Virus record (IMG/VR): IMGVR_UViG_3300046804_003398
Reading direction: 5' to 3' (one strand)
Source of the DNA: a virus
Lineage: Duplodnaviria; Caudoviricetes
DNA: 64,000 nt
Shown here: piece after piece, positions 46,805 through 55,983 of the stretch
Numbering within the stretch: position 1 is the first letter of the stretch
Layout: every line of letters begins with the position of its first letter
Made by a program: the position numbers and the translations under genes
Notes under the pieces: model-generated
What the model was told of the DNA's origin: nothing
Databases searched by the model: none
What the model saw: the letters and a program-made list of their open reading frames with translations, nothing else

Positions 46805-47958
46805 ATTAGTCTTTCAATAAATACTCGGATCTTCTGATATTCTTCATCAAAGTCCACAACTTCTTTAAATTTATTCATTGCGTTCTCTTGCATCATTGGA
46901 TAGTTATCCGCACACCACTTCAACCTATTGACCACACTGTCATAATTATACTTACCCCAGTCAATAAAGGTTGGTTTGGTTCCATAGTTCTCAACATCCA
47001 ACAACAACTGTGATGTAAACCATTCTTCTGGATTACCACCACTAGACATATGACTACTATCAGTAATCAAAGGTGTTCCTACAGCATAAGCTTGATGAAT
47101 ATTGTAACCATATCCATCGCCAACTGGCTTAACGTGATATATGAATCCAGACTCGTTCATTACTCTAGCAATGTCATAGTCAGTCTTTAACTCACCATCA
47201 CGATTGCCGACACCATATGCCTTGATAGTCCAATCTGGTAAACGACGTTCAAGTTCATACAAACCACCCAAAGTATTACAGTTGTGACGAATGTTACTGA
47301 TACTCTTGATGTTTTTGATACTGTTATTGTTCTTGAAGATATTCAAATCAAATTCTGGATGGAAGTATACCATGTTACACTTCTTACCATTACGTCTATT
47401 CTGGAATACCTTATGCATACCCTTATACAAGTCTTTCTTCTGGAACTTCTTGTAAAGCGCAGTCATTGTCAATCCGTGTATATCCTCACCCGCAACAAAC
47501 GTGTAAGTTGTGGAATTCAAGAAGTTAGGAACATTTGTAGTAATATTACCCCAATTGTTACCCGCTTCAAAAATAAACTTGGCTTGAGGTTGATGATCCT
47601 TAAGCAACTTCATGAACACAGGAATGTGTGCTGGAACCGTTGCAATAATAATATCAAATTTTGTTTGACAGAATTTTTCAAAGTCAATTCCCTTATAAGG
47701 CAATTTGCCATCATTTGAATTAACAGATACAGTTCCATCTTCATTGTCTGTGAACGTTTGTAGTCCATCATTACCAAATTGATTGACCAAAAACTGTTCT
47801 GCTACCAGTTCAATGTTTGCGTCAACAATTCGCCAATATCCTTGTTTGTAATAGTCCATTCCATAAGGAACATAGAGTTCTGCACCCATTCTTTTTTCGA
47901 ATAGGTGACACATTGAATTAACTAAATCTCTGTGGTGAAAATCACAAAATACTTTCAT
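46801..47958 (-). CDS. GT-B-like glycosyltransferase, family B member 2
   Basis: MKVFCDFHH, HPEFD, FIYHVK..DGYGYNIHQAYAVGTPLI. Confidence 0.65.
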   Translation of the reverse strand: MKVFCDFHHRDLVNSMCHLFEKRMGAELYVPYGMDYYKQGYWRIVDANIELVAEQFLVNQFGNDGLQTFTDNEDGTVSVNSNDGKLPYKGIDFEKFCQTKFDIIIATVPAHIPVFMKLLKDHQPQAKFIFEAGNNWGNITTNVPNFLNSTTYTFVAGEDIHGLTMTALYKKFQKKDLYKGMHKVFQNRRNGKKCNMVYFHPEFDLNIFKNNNSIKNIKSISNIRHNCNTLGGLYELERRLPDWTIKAYGVGNRDGELKTDYDIARVMNESGFIYHVKPVGDGYGYNIHQAYAVGTPLITDSSHMSSGGNPEEWFTSQLLLDVENYGTKPTFIDWGKYNYDSVVNRLKWCADNYPMMQENAMNKFKEVVDFDEEYQKIRVFIERLI

Positions 47959-48992
47959 AGTTTATCTAAAAATTCTTTCCATTGAGGTTTGATAGATTCT
48001 GCATCAAAATATGCGATAGCAGCTTTTCTTCCGTTTTCGCTAATCATCTTTCTGCAATTTGCATTCATCATTACTTCACGAATACATTCCTTGATTTCAG
48101 CAACGTTATTGCAACAGAATCCGTTTTCGCCATGTTTGATCAAACTGCTAACTTCGTATGGGAACTTACCAACTTTACTTGCAAGTTCATCACCCAAAGC
48201 AACCACGGGAATTCCGCTCATCCACGCTTCCATGAAGTTGAGTGTATAAGATGCTGGCCAAGTTCCACTATACAAATAGACCTTGTTCTTTGACAGTTCA
48301 ACCAACTGATCTTTGTAGTCCAACTCGCCACAATCCATAGGGGCAGCTTGGTTACCTGGACCAAACAATTTGAAATTAAAGTCTTTAGCAACATGACGAA
48401 TCAAATCATAACGACAATGATCTCCTCTACCAACAACGTTCTGACCAAACGTCATCACATAATTTTGATCGCCAACGTATGGTAGATAATCATCCTTATA
48501 CTTGGCAAATCGAATCATCGCATCTTCACCACAGTAGTTTGTAAGTTCACGTTCCTTTGGACTATAACGAACAATCTTCAAACCCTCGGCGCGATACTTT
48601 TGCATCTTGGCTTCAACATCAGCAGTTGATTGGCCGATTGTTCTCCAAATAACGTTTTTGTGTTTGATACGATCCCAGTTTTGTTCAATGAACCTAGGAA
48701 GGTGCATGATCATGATAGTATCAAATGAGTCAATCATAGCATCAGTCAACAGATTGTTATACTGTTCAGGCTTAACATCTGAATTGTGTGAATTGACATG
48801 ACACATATCATAAAACTTTTGAAGATAGTCTGGCTTGTCTTCAATGTTCAGTGGTGGTCGCCTGTTTACAACAGGATTTTTTGGACGATGATATGCATCG
48901 TTTGTGAATACATCATATCCCAACTCATTAAGAAGCCTAAGTTCGTCGTATTCAAGGACGCAATGGCAACAAAGGTATAGTAACTTTTTCAT
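47955..48992 (-). CDS. GT-B (GT4-like) glycosyltransferase
   Basis: KVYLYSG..ASYTLNFMEAWMSGIPVV, LIKHGENGF. Confidence 0.75.
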   Translation of the reverse strand: MKKLLYLCCHCVLEYDELRLLNELGYDVFTNDAYHRPKNPVVNRRPPLNIEDKPDYLQKFYDMCHVNSHNSDVKPEQYNNLLTDAMIDSFDTIMIMHLPRFIEQNWDRIKHKNVIWRTIGQSTADVEAKMQKYRAEGLKIVRYSPKERELTNYCGEDAMIRFAKYKDDYLPYVGDQNYVMTFGQNVVGRGDHCRYDLIRHVAKDFNFKLFGPGNQAAPMDCGELDYKDQLVELSKNKVYLYSGTWPASYTLNFMEAWMSGIPVVALGDELASKVGKFPYEVSSLIKHGENGFCCNNVAEIKECIREVMMNANCRKMISENGRKAAIAYFDAESIKPQWKEFLDKL

Positions 48993-48996
48993 TATT

Positions 48997-49422
48997 TTAT
49001 AGACAGGCTAAACTTGGATGTTCACAGACTTGAGAGAAACACAGTCCAAGTGAACGTGTTTCATTCTCAGGCATATACGGATCTGTCTCAATTGTCAAGT
49101 CTTTAGTGCCAACAGTATTGATGATAAATATATATGGTTTATTTGGGGTCAATTTGTGCTTAAAGTCGATTCTATCATTGTGTATATGAATCTCTCTGCC
49201 CACTGGACAAACTAATTTAACTCTCAAGGCTGAGATGTTATCATATGTAATTACTGTTTTTGGAAAAGACCATCTGAACTTGTTTCCGTCGAGATCTTTT
49301 TCGACTTCGTGCCAGTCTGTTCCACTCAGTGATAATGTGCTAGCACTATTGAATGCTCTCACACCTAGAATATTCTTGATTCTGTTCCAAAATGATTGAT
49401 TGATTATAATTGCGTCATCCAT
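48997..49422 (-). CDS. Small beta-sandwich (carbohydrate-binding-like) protein, copy 1
   Basis: WHEVE..GNKFRWS...ETRSLGL; paralog of 50847..51281. Confidence 0.55.
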   Translation of the reverse strand: MDDAIIINQSFWNRIKNILGVRAFNSASTLSLSGTDWHEVEKDLDGNKFRWSFPKTVITYDNISALRVKLVCPVGREIHIHNDRIDFKHKLTPNKPYIFIINTVGTKDLTIETDPYMPENETRSLGLCFSQVCEHPSLACL

Positions 49423-49426
49423 AACA

Positions 49427-50845
49427 TTATTTGACTTTTGATTCCATTAAAGCATAAGTATGTTCCAAATCTGGATATGCCCACTCTTGGTCACTGGTAT
49501 AATTAGAACTGAATGTTTCCATACCTTGAATTGATCCAATTTTATATTTCACTAAACCTGGGTGGTCTTTTCCAAGAAAGTCGATATGACCACTATATCC
49601 CGTAGCAATAACATCTTTCTTTAGATGAAATGCTTCAAAGATGGTCAGCCCAAATCCCTCTGATTTAGTCAAACTTACATAACAGTCACCAAAACTGTGC
49701 AAACTTAACATTTCTCGTTCATTAAGATTCATCAACAACAAGTGTATACTCTTACCAATCTTATCAGTCAACACACTCAATTTGTTTACGATATAATTGA
49801 TGTTGTTTAGAGTATAGTCTTTGTAGTGAACCTTCAATAGTAACTGAGTGTTTGGATAGGTATCGTTGAGTTTATCAAATACTTTAACAAGCTCTTCGAT
49901 ACTCTTACGTGCAGTCAACTCACCGATGCTATAAAACGTATATTTGGTCTTACTTAGTTCTGTTCCAAAACAGTCTGTGATATTGATCTTTCTCTTTTCA
50001 AGAAGTTTTTGATCAAACCAAACGTGTGGCACAACTTCAACCTTGGATTTTACACCACAGTTTTCATACACTTGCTTGTTGTATACAGATGGAACCCAAA
50101 CCTCGGGCAACATGTTGATACAGTCCACCCACTTTGGAGGAAGTTTGCTGCTTTCCCAAGCACAATATCCTACAACACGTTTATACTTGGAACATTCATA
50201 TTTTCTTATGAACTCTGGCCAAAGATCGGGAGTAGAATGTAACGTGATTTGATCTTTACCCATCAAAGGTCTATTCATTGCACTTTCAGCAAGAGCGTTG
50301 ACATAGTTTGTAGTGTCAAGTTTACTACTATCAAACCTTAGTGTATGCCAACAAATAGGAACACCCTTTGTAACATACTCCGCAACGTAGCCTTTTGCAG
50401 CAGTTGCATATCCAGAAGTTCCATATTGTCCAACGTAATAGACCGAATCTACAACGTTCAACTCAATATTGGATCTATTGAACAACTTGATTAGTGAAAT
50501 CTTCTTTAGAGTTTCTTTACGAGGAAAATCGTATTTTGGATATACGATAATGTTACAGAATATCTTTTCTTTCTCAAATACATTCAGAGTTCTATTGACT
50601 ACAAAACGTAGGAATTTGTTTTCTTCAAAGCTACTATTGACGAATACAAACGTTTTACCAAGTTTCTTGATCAGTTCGTTGTAGATACCGATGCCGTTCA
50701 AGGCTTCCAGATCATCGATCAAATAGATTTCAATGTCCTTCTCTGACTTCAAACTATCAAGAACCGTTTTGTCCTTTGAAATCAATACCAAAGAACTACT
50801 GTGATCTCTTAGAAAGTCAACGTTGTTCTGATTGTATTTTTCCAT
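49427..50845 (-). CDS. GT-B (GT4-like) glycosyltransferase with N-terminal extension
   Basis: YVGQYGTSGYATAAKG, WESSKLP, WVPS, RKSIEEL, DCYVSLTKSEGFGLTIFEA. Confidence 0.85.
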   Translation of the reverse strand: MEKYNQNNVDFLRDHSSSLVLISKDKTVLDSLKSEKDIEIYLIDDLEALNGIGIYNELIKKLGKTFVFVNSSFEENKFLRFVVNRTLNVFEKEKIFCNIIVYPKYDFPRKETLKKISLIKLFNRSNIELNVVDSVYYVGQYGTSGYATAAKGYVAEYVTKGVPICWHTLRFDSSKLDTTNYVNALAESAMNRPLMGKDQITLHSTPDLWPEFIRKYECSKYKRVVGYCAWESSKLPPKWVDCINMLPEVWVPSVYNKQVYENCGVKSKVEVVPHVWFDQKLLEKRKINITDCFGTELSKTKYTFYSIGELTARKSIEELVKVFDKLNDTYPNTQLLLKVHYKDYTLNNINYIVNKLSVLTDKIGKSIHLLLMNLNEREMLSLHSFGDCYVSLTKSEGFGLTIFEAFHLKKDVIATGYSGHIDFLGKDHPGLVKYKIGSIQGMETFSSNYTSDQEWAYPDLEHTYALMESKVK

Positions 50846-50846
50846 C

Positions 50847-51281
50847 TTAGTTTAAGATTATTGTATCTTCTGATGTAATAGAATAATATTGTGCTCCCAA
50901 TGAACGAGTATCACTATCTGGATTAAATGGATCAATCCGAATAGTTACATCGGTAGCATCGTAGGTAGACACAATCACCTTGTATTCTTCACCAGGCTCA
51001 AGTCTAAAAGTATGATCCACTTCCTTGGTCTTAAATGAAATTTCTCTGCCAATTGGATCGGAAAATACAAAAACCACCTTGTCTACGTTCTGTATGTTTA
51101 CTTTTGTGAGTGGATGAGACCACCTAAATGGTTTGTCGTTTGCTTGTTCAAGACCATACCAAAGTTCTTGTTCTCTTTGAATTTTTTGTTCGGTGTTGAT
51201 TCTTGAAATTTTCTTAGTCAACTTCTTTAATGATGCGACATACTTTAGATAAAATGGTTGTTTTATTGTTATAACTTTCAT
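50847..51281 (-). CDS. Small beta-sandwich (carbohydrate-binding-like) protein, copy 2
   Basis: WYGLE..NDKPFRWS...DTRSLGA. Confidence 0.55.
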   Translation of the reverse strand: MKVITIKQPFYLKYVASLKKLTKKISRINTEQKIQREQELWYGLEQANDKPFRWSHPLTKVNIQNVDKVVFVFSDPIGREISFKTKEVDHTFRLEPGEEYKVIVSTYDATDVTIRIDPFNPDSDTRSLGAQYYSITSEDTIILN

Positions 51282-51390
51282 AGTAGTTTCTGTTCAATCA
51301 TATCATAACTAGAACACATGTCAATTTGTGTAATTATTATATTTTGATCGTGTTAGTCTTATAATCAGACTACTAAATATATATTGTTGA

Positions 51391-51864
51391 ATGAAATTTA
51401 TCAGTCACAGAGGAAACACCAATGGTAGACACAAAATCTACGAAAACTCTCCATCCACTATTAACAGTGTTATATTGATGGGGTATAGTGTAGAAGTGGA
51501 TATTTGGTATAAAGACGACACCTTGTTTTTGGGACATGATGAACCAGTATGGGAAATTGATGACCAGTTTCTAAAACAACATTATACCAATCTATTGATT
51601 CATTGTAAAGATGATGCATCATTGTTCAAGTTGAGTTCGATTCCAATCTTGGAGTTATTCACACATTCGGATGACAAATTTACTCTGTCTAGTAAAAACA
51701 AAATTCTCATACATCCCCACACAATTACTACTTATAGAAAAGGTATATTGATTATGCCTGAACTGTCTCACTACACAGTTGAAGAAATATTGCAATTCGA
51801 CGGAATCGTGAGCGACAACATTAAATTTTATGAAGATTGTTATAACACTATCAGGAAACAGTGA
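51391..51864 (+). CDS. Glycerophosphodiester phosphodiesterase-like (PLC-like TIM barrel) protein
   Basis: ISHRGN, ENSP, GYSVEVDIW, LGHD, IHCK. Confidence 0.75.
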   Translation: MKFISHRGNTNGRHKIYENSPSTINSVILMGYSVEVDIWYKDDTLFLGHDEPVWEIDDQFLKQHYTNLLIHCKDDASLFKLSSIPILELFTHSDDKFTLSSKNKILIHPHTITTYRKGILIMPELSHYTVEEILQFDGIVSDNIKFYEDCYNTIRKQ

Positions 51865-52645
51865 ACGTTTTACATCCAAAGGATATCCAATTAAGTCATT
51901 GATAAAGATTGATGGCAAGAAGATATTGGATTACGTCTTGGACATGTTTCCAACTGTAAAAGACGATGACTTTTTGTTTATAGTCAGACGAGATGATTTG
52001 TCTGCTAATGCAATTGAGTCTGTAATATTTGAATCCAAAAAGTCAAAGATTGTAGCAATTGACAAAAACAGTCTCGGACCAGTTTATTCCATTTCAAATG
52101 CATTTGATCAAATTCCCGACGATGAAGAAGTGATTGTTAGTTACTGTGACTTGACTCAAAATTGGGACTTTACAGATTTTCTAAAACACTGTAGAGAGTC
52201 AAATTCAGATGGTTGTATAGTAACTCATGTTGGATTTGTTCCACATAAACTGTATAACAAGTCATTTGCGTTCTTGACTGTCAGTGATGACGGAACAGTA
52301 ACCTATGTTCATGAAAAGAAGCCTATGGAACTTGTAAAACCAAATGAGCCCGCTTCAAATGGCATCTACTATTTCAAGTCTGGTAAGATCATGAAACATT
52401 ATTTCAATCGTTTGATGAATGAGAAAATCTGTGTAAATGGTGAATATTATGTTACCGTTCCTTACAATTTGATGATCAATGACGGACTCAAAGTAACACA
52501 TTATGTGGCAAACAAATATGCTTGTCTTGGAACTCCAGTAGATGTCGAATGTTTCAGAGCATGGAAGTATATTATCGAAAACAACAACATCAAAGATAGT
52601 TCAATCAAAGACACATACGAGTTTTGGAAGAACTATTTTAGTTGA
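51830..52645 (+). CDS. Sugar/polyol-phosphate nucleotidyltransferase
   Basis: LSGNSERF..KGYPIKSLI, GPVYS, VSYCD, EKKP, ASNGIYYF, GEYYV, LGTP. Confidence 0.85.
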   Translation: MKIVITLSGNSERFTSKGYPIKSLIKIDGKKILDYVLDMFPTVKDDDFLFIVRRDDLSANAIESVIFESKKSKIVAIDKNSLGPVYSISNAFDQIPDDEEVIVSYCDLTQNWDFTDFLKHCRESNSDGCIVTHVGFVPHKLYNKSFAFLTVSDDGTVTYVHEKKPMELVKPNEPASNGIYYFKSGKIMKHYFNRLMNEKICVNGEYYVTVPYNLMINDGLKVTHYVANKYACLGTPVDVECFRAWKYIIENNNIKDSSIKDTYEFWKNYFS

Positions 52646-53420
52646 CGCACAAATACTTTCTTACAACATCTTCACATTTTGTCTTGGCTAGCTCTAAATC
52701 GCCAGTTTTGATATACTCTTCGTAATCAATCATACATCTATTAGTTTCGTAATTTTTACAAAGTGGGTGTATATTCAATGTATTGTATGTCAACCTACTC
52801 AAATACTCTTGATCTACATTTGGCAACTTTTCTTTAGGAGCAAAAAAACAATCGTGGACTTTAGTTTTTGACCACTCGCCAATATAAATCAACAAGTAAT
52901 CATGTTTATTGGCCACCATTGTCAACGCTTTAACCGATGATCCCCAGATTGCGTCACAATTCCAAATTCTATTCGGATCGTTTTCAAATGCAATTGCAAC
53001 ATCGTGTGGAAGTGCAGGATTATATTCACAAGTTACAAGTGATGGTCGATACACATCTAATAACTTATCCATCAACCAAATGTCTGTAGAATCAACATCT
53101 ATAGACAAGTATCCAAGTGACTTTGGAACGGAGTATTTGTCAAATATTGACACTATATTTTCTGTGGTCAAATAGTGTTGATACAAGTTAATATCAGGGT
53201 TGTGATGTCCTCCGTCCAAGTATAAGTTTTTCCACCCATGTTTTTTTACCAATATGTGTGTATTTCCGTTGTAATCAATATTGTCTGAACTATATCCAAA
53301 CTCCACACAAAACTTCTGATCATCTGGTATCTGTAGATTGTCAATTATGTATTGTATAACATAAGTTGAAGACTCTACACGTTCATAATTAGAAATATTT
53401 TTAATCCACTCTGATTGCAT
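52638..53420 (-). CDS. FkbM-like SAM methyltransferase
   Basis: FCVEFG, GWKNLYLDG, TTENI, LSIDVDSTDIW, CEYN. Confidence 0.75.
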   Translation of the reverse strand: MQSEWIKNISNYERVESSTYVIQYIIDNLQIPDDQKFCVEFGYSSDNIDYNGNTHILVKKHGWKNLYLDGGHHNPDINLYQHYLTTENIVSIFDKYSVPKSLGYLSIDVDSTDIWLMDKLLDVYRPSLVTCEYNPALPHDVAIAFENDPNRIWNCDAIWGSSVKALTMVANKHDYLLIYIGEWSKTKVHDCFFAPKEKLPNVDQEYLSRLTYNTLNIHPLCKNYETNRCMIDYEEYIKTGDLELAKTKCEDVVRKYLCVN

Positions 53421-53424
53421 ATAT

Positions 53425-54543
53425 GTGTTTTACGATAATATGTATCATGTGAGCCTCAGTATGTTTCATTTATATAAAGACAATAAGATTGTAAGAAATA
53501 TTAGAGATTTGTCAAAATACGACAATTCTACGTTCATTTTCAAAAAACATGTTGAGTTTGATGAACGAGTTAGTTTTTATAGAAATTGTGAAGTAAAACC
53601 TTTCTTTTTTTACATACCATATTTTAACGGAAAAATACTCAGAGATTGTGGCGGCGCTTTTGAAAATGACGAACGTGTTAATCTGAATATTGTTCGTGAA
53701 CCGAAACCACCCATAATCATATCCGACCCAGTGTTTTATTTGGATGATGCGTGGGGTGGAAACTTTCATCATTGGTTCTGGGAATATGCTCCAAAAATCA
53801 TGCGGTTTATCAAGTTGAAGGAACACATTCCAAACTTAAAGTTGTTGATAAACTTGAAGATATTGTCACAAGACGAGTTGAAACAAATATTGGGTCGTTA
53901 TGCAGATGATGTGATATACATGGACCCATACCTAGAACAGTCATATCAATGTGATCAACTATACATTGCCAATCCAACTTCATGTTGGAAACCAAATTAT
54001 TTTTGTGAAGAAATACGCACGGATCTTTTTAAACTGTTGATCGACACTTTTTATGATCCATCATATGATTGGCCACACACCAAAATTTATATTTCTAGGT
54101 ATAACAACTGTTTGGTTCACAATGCTACAAGAAAAGTGTTGAATATTTTAGAGGTCCACAGATTTTTTGAACATTTTGGTTATAAGCCAATATTCACAGA
54201 CAAACTGAACTTCAAAGACAGAGTAAACATATTTCAAAGAGCTACGCATATATGTTGTGAACACGGTGGTGGGGCCAATCACATATTCTTGACAAAAGAA
54301 CATACCAAGATGGGTATAATCAATTTTCCAAATTTAGAGTTTAATGACCAATGGTTGGAATATAATAAATTCAATCGAACCGTCATTCAATTAGAAAATA
54401 TTGGACAATATATGGAAGACAGATTTATATGTAAGTATCCAACTGTCGAACCTATAAACTATAAAATACAAGATGCATCTAAACCATGGTGTCTTGATCT
54501 CTATCAATTAGAAACCGCACTTAAACGTTACGCATTTTTATGA
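53425..54543 (+). CDS. GT61-family (DUF563-like) glycosyltransferase
   Basis: NFHHWFWEYAPKI, KIYISR, RKVLN, FQRATHICCEHGGGANHIF. Confidence 0.75.
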   Translation: MFYDNMYHVSLSMFHLYKDNKIVRNIRDLSKYDNSTFIFKKHVEFDERVSFYRNCEVKPFFFYIPYFNGKILRDCGGAFENDERVNLNIVREPKPPIIISDPVFYLDDAWGGNFHHWFWEYAPKIMRFIKLKEHIPNLKLLINLKILSQDELKQILGRYADDVIYMDPYLEQSYQCDQLYIANPTSCWKPNYFCEEIRTDLFKLLIDTFYDPSYDWPHTKIYISRYNNCLVHNATRKVLNILEVHRFFEHFGYKPIFTDKLNFKDRVNIFQRATHICCEHGGGANHIFLTKEHTKMGIINFPNLEFNDQWLEYNKFNRTVIQLENIGQYMEDRFICKYPTVEPINYKIQDASKPWCLDLYQLETALKRYAFL

Positions 54544-55208
54544 AATTTACACAAACAGACTATTTTTTGAACGTTGAAAACCTCACGATCAATACCGATG
54601 TTGAAGGAACACATCGTAGATTCAGAACCATATTTGAAGCACTCGAAAAATTAAATCTACCAGAATATCACATCATTGAAACTGGATGTGCTCGTTGGAA
54701 TAAAAACTGGAAAGGTGAAGGTCAATTTACATTGATCGCCGATGAATTTGTCAATTATTACAAAGGTCATCTCTACTCAGTCAACATAAACCCAAATGAT
54801 GTCAATGCTGCAAGAAGTTATGTGGGTGACAATGCTACAATAGAATTGGATGATAGTGTAAACTTCCTCAAGAACTTCAAAGACTTGGAAAAGATATCGT
54901 TGTTTTATCTTGATTCAATGGATTTAGAGTGGGGTAATCCATGGCCTTCAGAAGAACATCATCTTAAGGAGTTCTGCACAATATTCTCAAGAAGAACCTC
55001 TGCCAACTTTTATCTTGCTATAGACGATTGTAACATAAACTTCTGTGGCAAGGTGATTGGTAAAGGACAACAAATCAAGAGGATGTTGGATGGTCTTGGT
55101 ATCAAACCAATATTAGATGAATATCAAATAATGTATTTCATTGATCAATCAACATTTGATACAATAAAATCACACCTGATTAAATTGGATTACTTCCATT
55201 ATCTCTGA
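54540..55208 (+). CDS. Class I methyltransferase-like protein
   Basis: IIETGCAR, GQFT, DSVNFL, FYLDSMD, HHLKEF, AIDD, GKG. Confidence 0.7.
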   Translation: MKFTQTDYFLNVENLTINTDVEGTHRRFRTIFEALEKLNLPEYHIIETGCARWNKNWKGEGQFTLIADEFVNYYKGHLYSVNINPNDVNAARSYVGDNATIELDDSVNFLKNFKDLEKISLFYLDSMDLEWGNPWPSEEHHLKEFCTIFSRRTSANFYLAIDDCNINFCGKVIGKGQQIKRMLDGLGIKPILDEYQIMYFIDQSTFDTIKSHLIKLDYFHYL

Positions 55209-55983
55209 CAAACTGTAGAACATCATCATTGTTCATCTTGAGGTTGCTCTGTATAATCCAGAACGCATCTGTTTTTCTTAATTGAGATTCGTGTTCGTCT
55301 GGATTCCAAAGACCACTACAAAAAGTCTTTGTAACATCATCGGCATACAAATACTTGCCATTGACATGTAAGTAATAGTGCATGTATTCTGTTCCAATAT
55401 TACCCAATACAAAGTCTTTGACAAACGTTGGGTGATTTGTTTCCAGATTGTCTAACAGCTGTTTTACTTCATCAGTAATCATCAACGCCGGAGTTACACC
55501 ATAATGGAACTTCCACAAGACAGTCTTTGGATCTCTGTTGATATATCCAAGCGTATCATACAACCATTTTACATGACAACAAGTATCATATTGTGATCTA
55601 TCTAAATGTTGTGATGCATCATAGATGAACAAAATAATCTCACCGTCTTCATTGAAGAACTCGTTGAAATCAAACTTTCGATTCACATATAAATCACTAT
55701 CCAACAACAAATAATGTGTGGTCTGTATTTGTCGTGCTATATACAGCTTCAATAAGCATTGTTTGAAGTAACCAGAACAACGTGTTGGCGTTACAACCAC
55801 ATCATGGTCCAATACTACAGTGTATGTATCATCCAATTGTAATGAGTCACACATCTTAGGTATGATAACAATCTTGGGACAGTTGGTAAATTTCAACGAT
55901 GGCGCCAAGACTTTATTGAACCGTTCAACATCATAATCCGACTTGGTGTTGATTGGTATTACTATAGAAAATGTGTGATTCAT
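55180..55983 (-). CDS. GT-A-like protein (DUF6492-like)
   Basis: GYFKQCLLKL, YLLLDSDLY, GVTP, TEYMHY. Confidence 0.65.
   Translation of the reverse strand: MNHTFSIVIPINTKSDYDVERFNKVLAPSLKFTNCPKIVIIPKMCDSLQLDDTYTVVLDHDVVVTPTRCSGYFKQCLLKLYIARQIQTTHYLLLDSDLYVNRKFDFNEFFNEDGEIILFIYDASQHLDRSQYDTCCHVKWLYDTLGYINRDPKTVLWKFHYGVTPALMITDEVKQLLDNLETNHPTFVKDFVLGNIGTEYMHYYLHVNGKYLYADDVTKTFCSGLWNPDEHESQLRKTDAFWIIQSNLKMNNDDVLQFVRDNGSNPI

Noticed and set aside
51354-51372. TAGTCT-TATAATC-AGACTA inverted repeat in a divergent promoter region
   Set aside because: A 6-bp AT-rich stem seen once; could arise by chance
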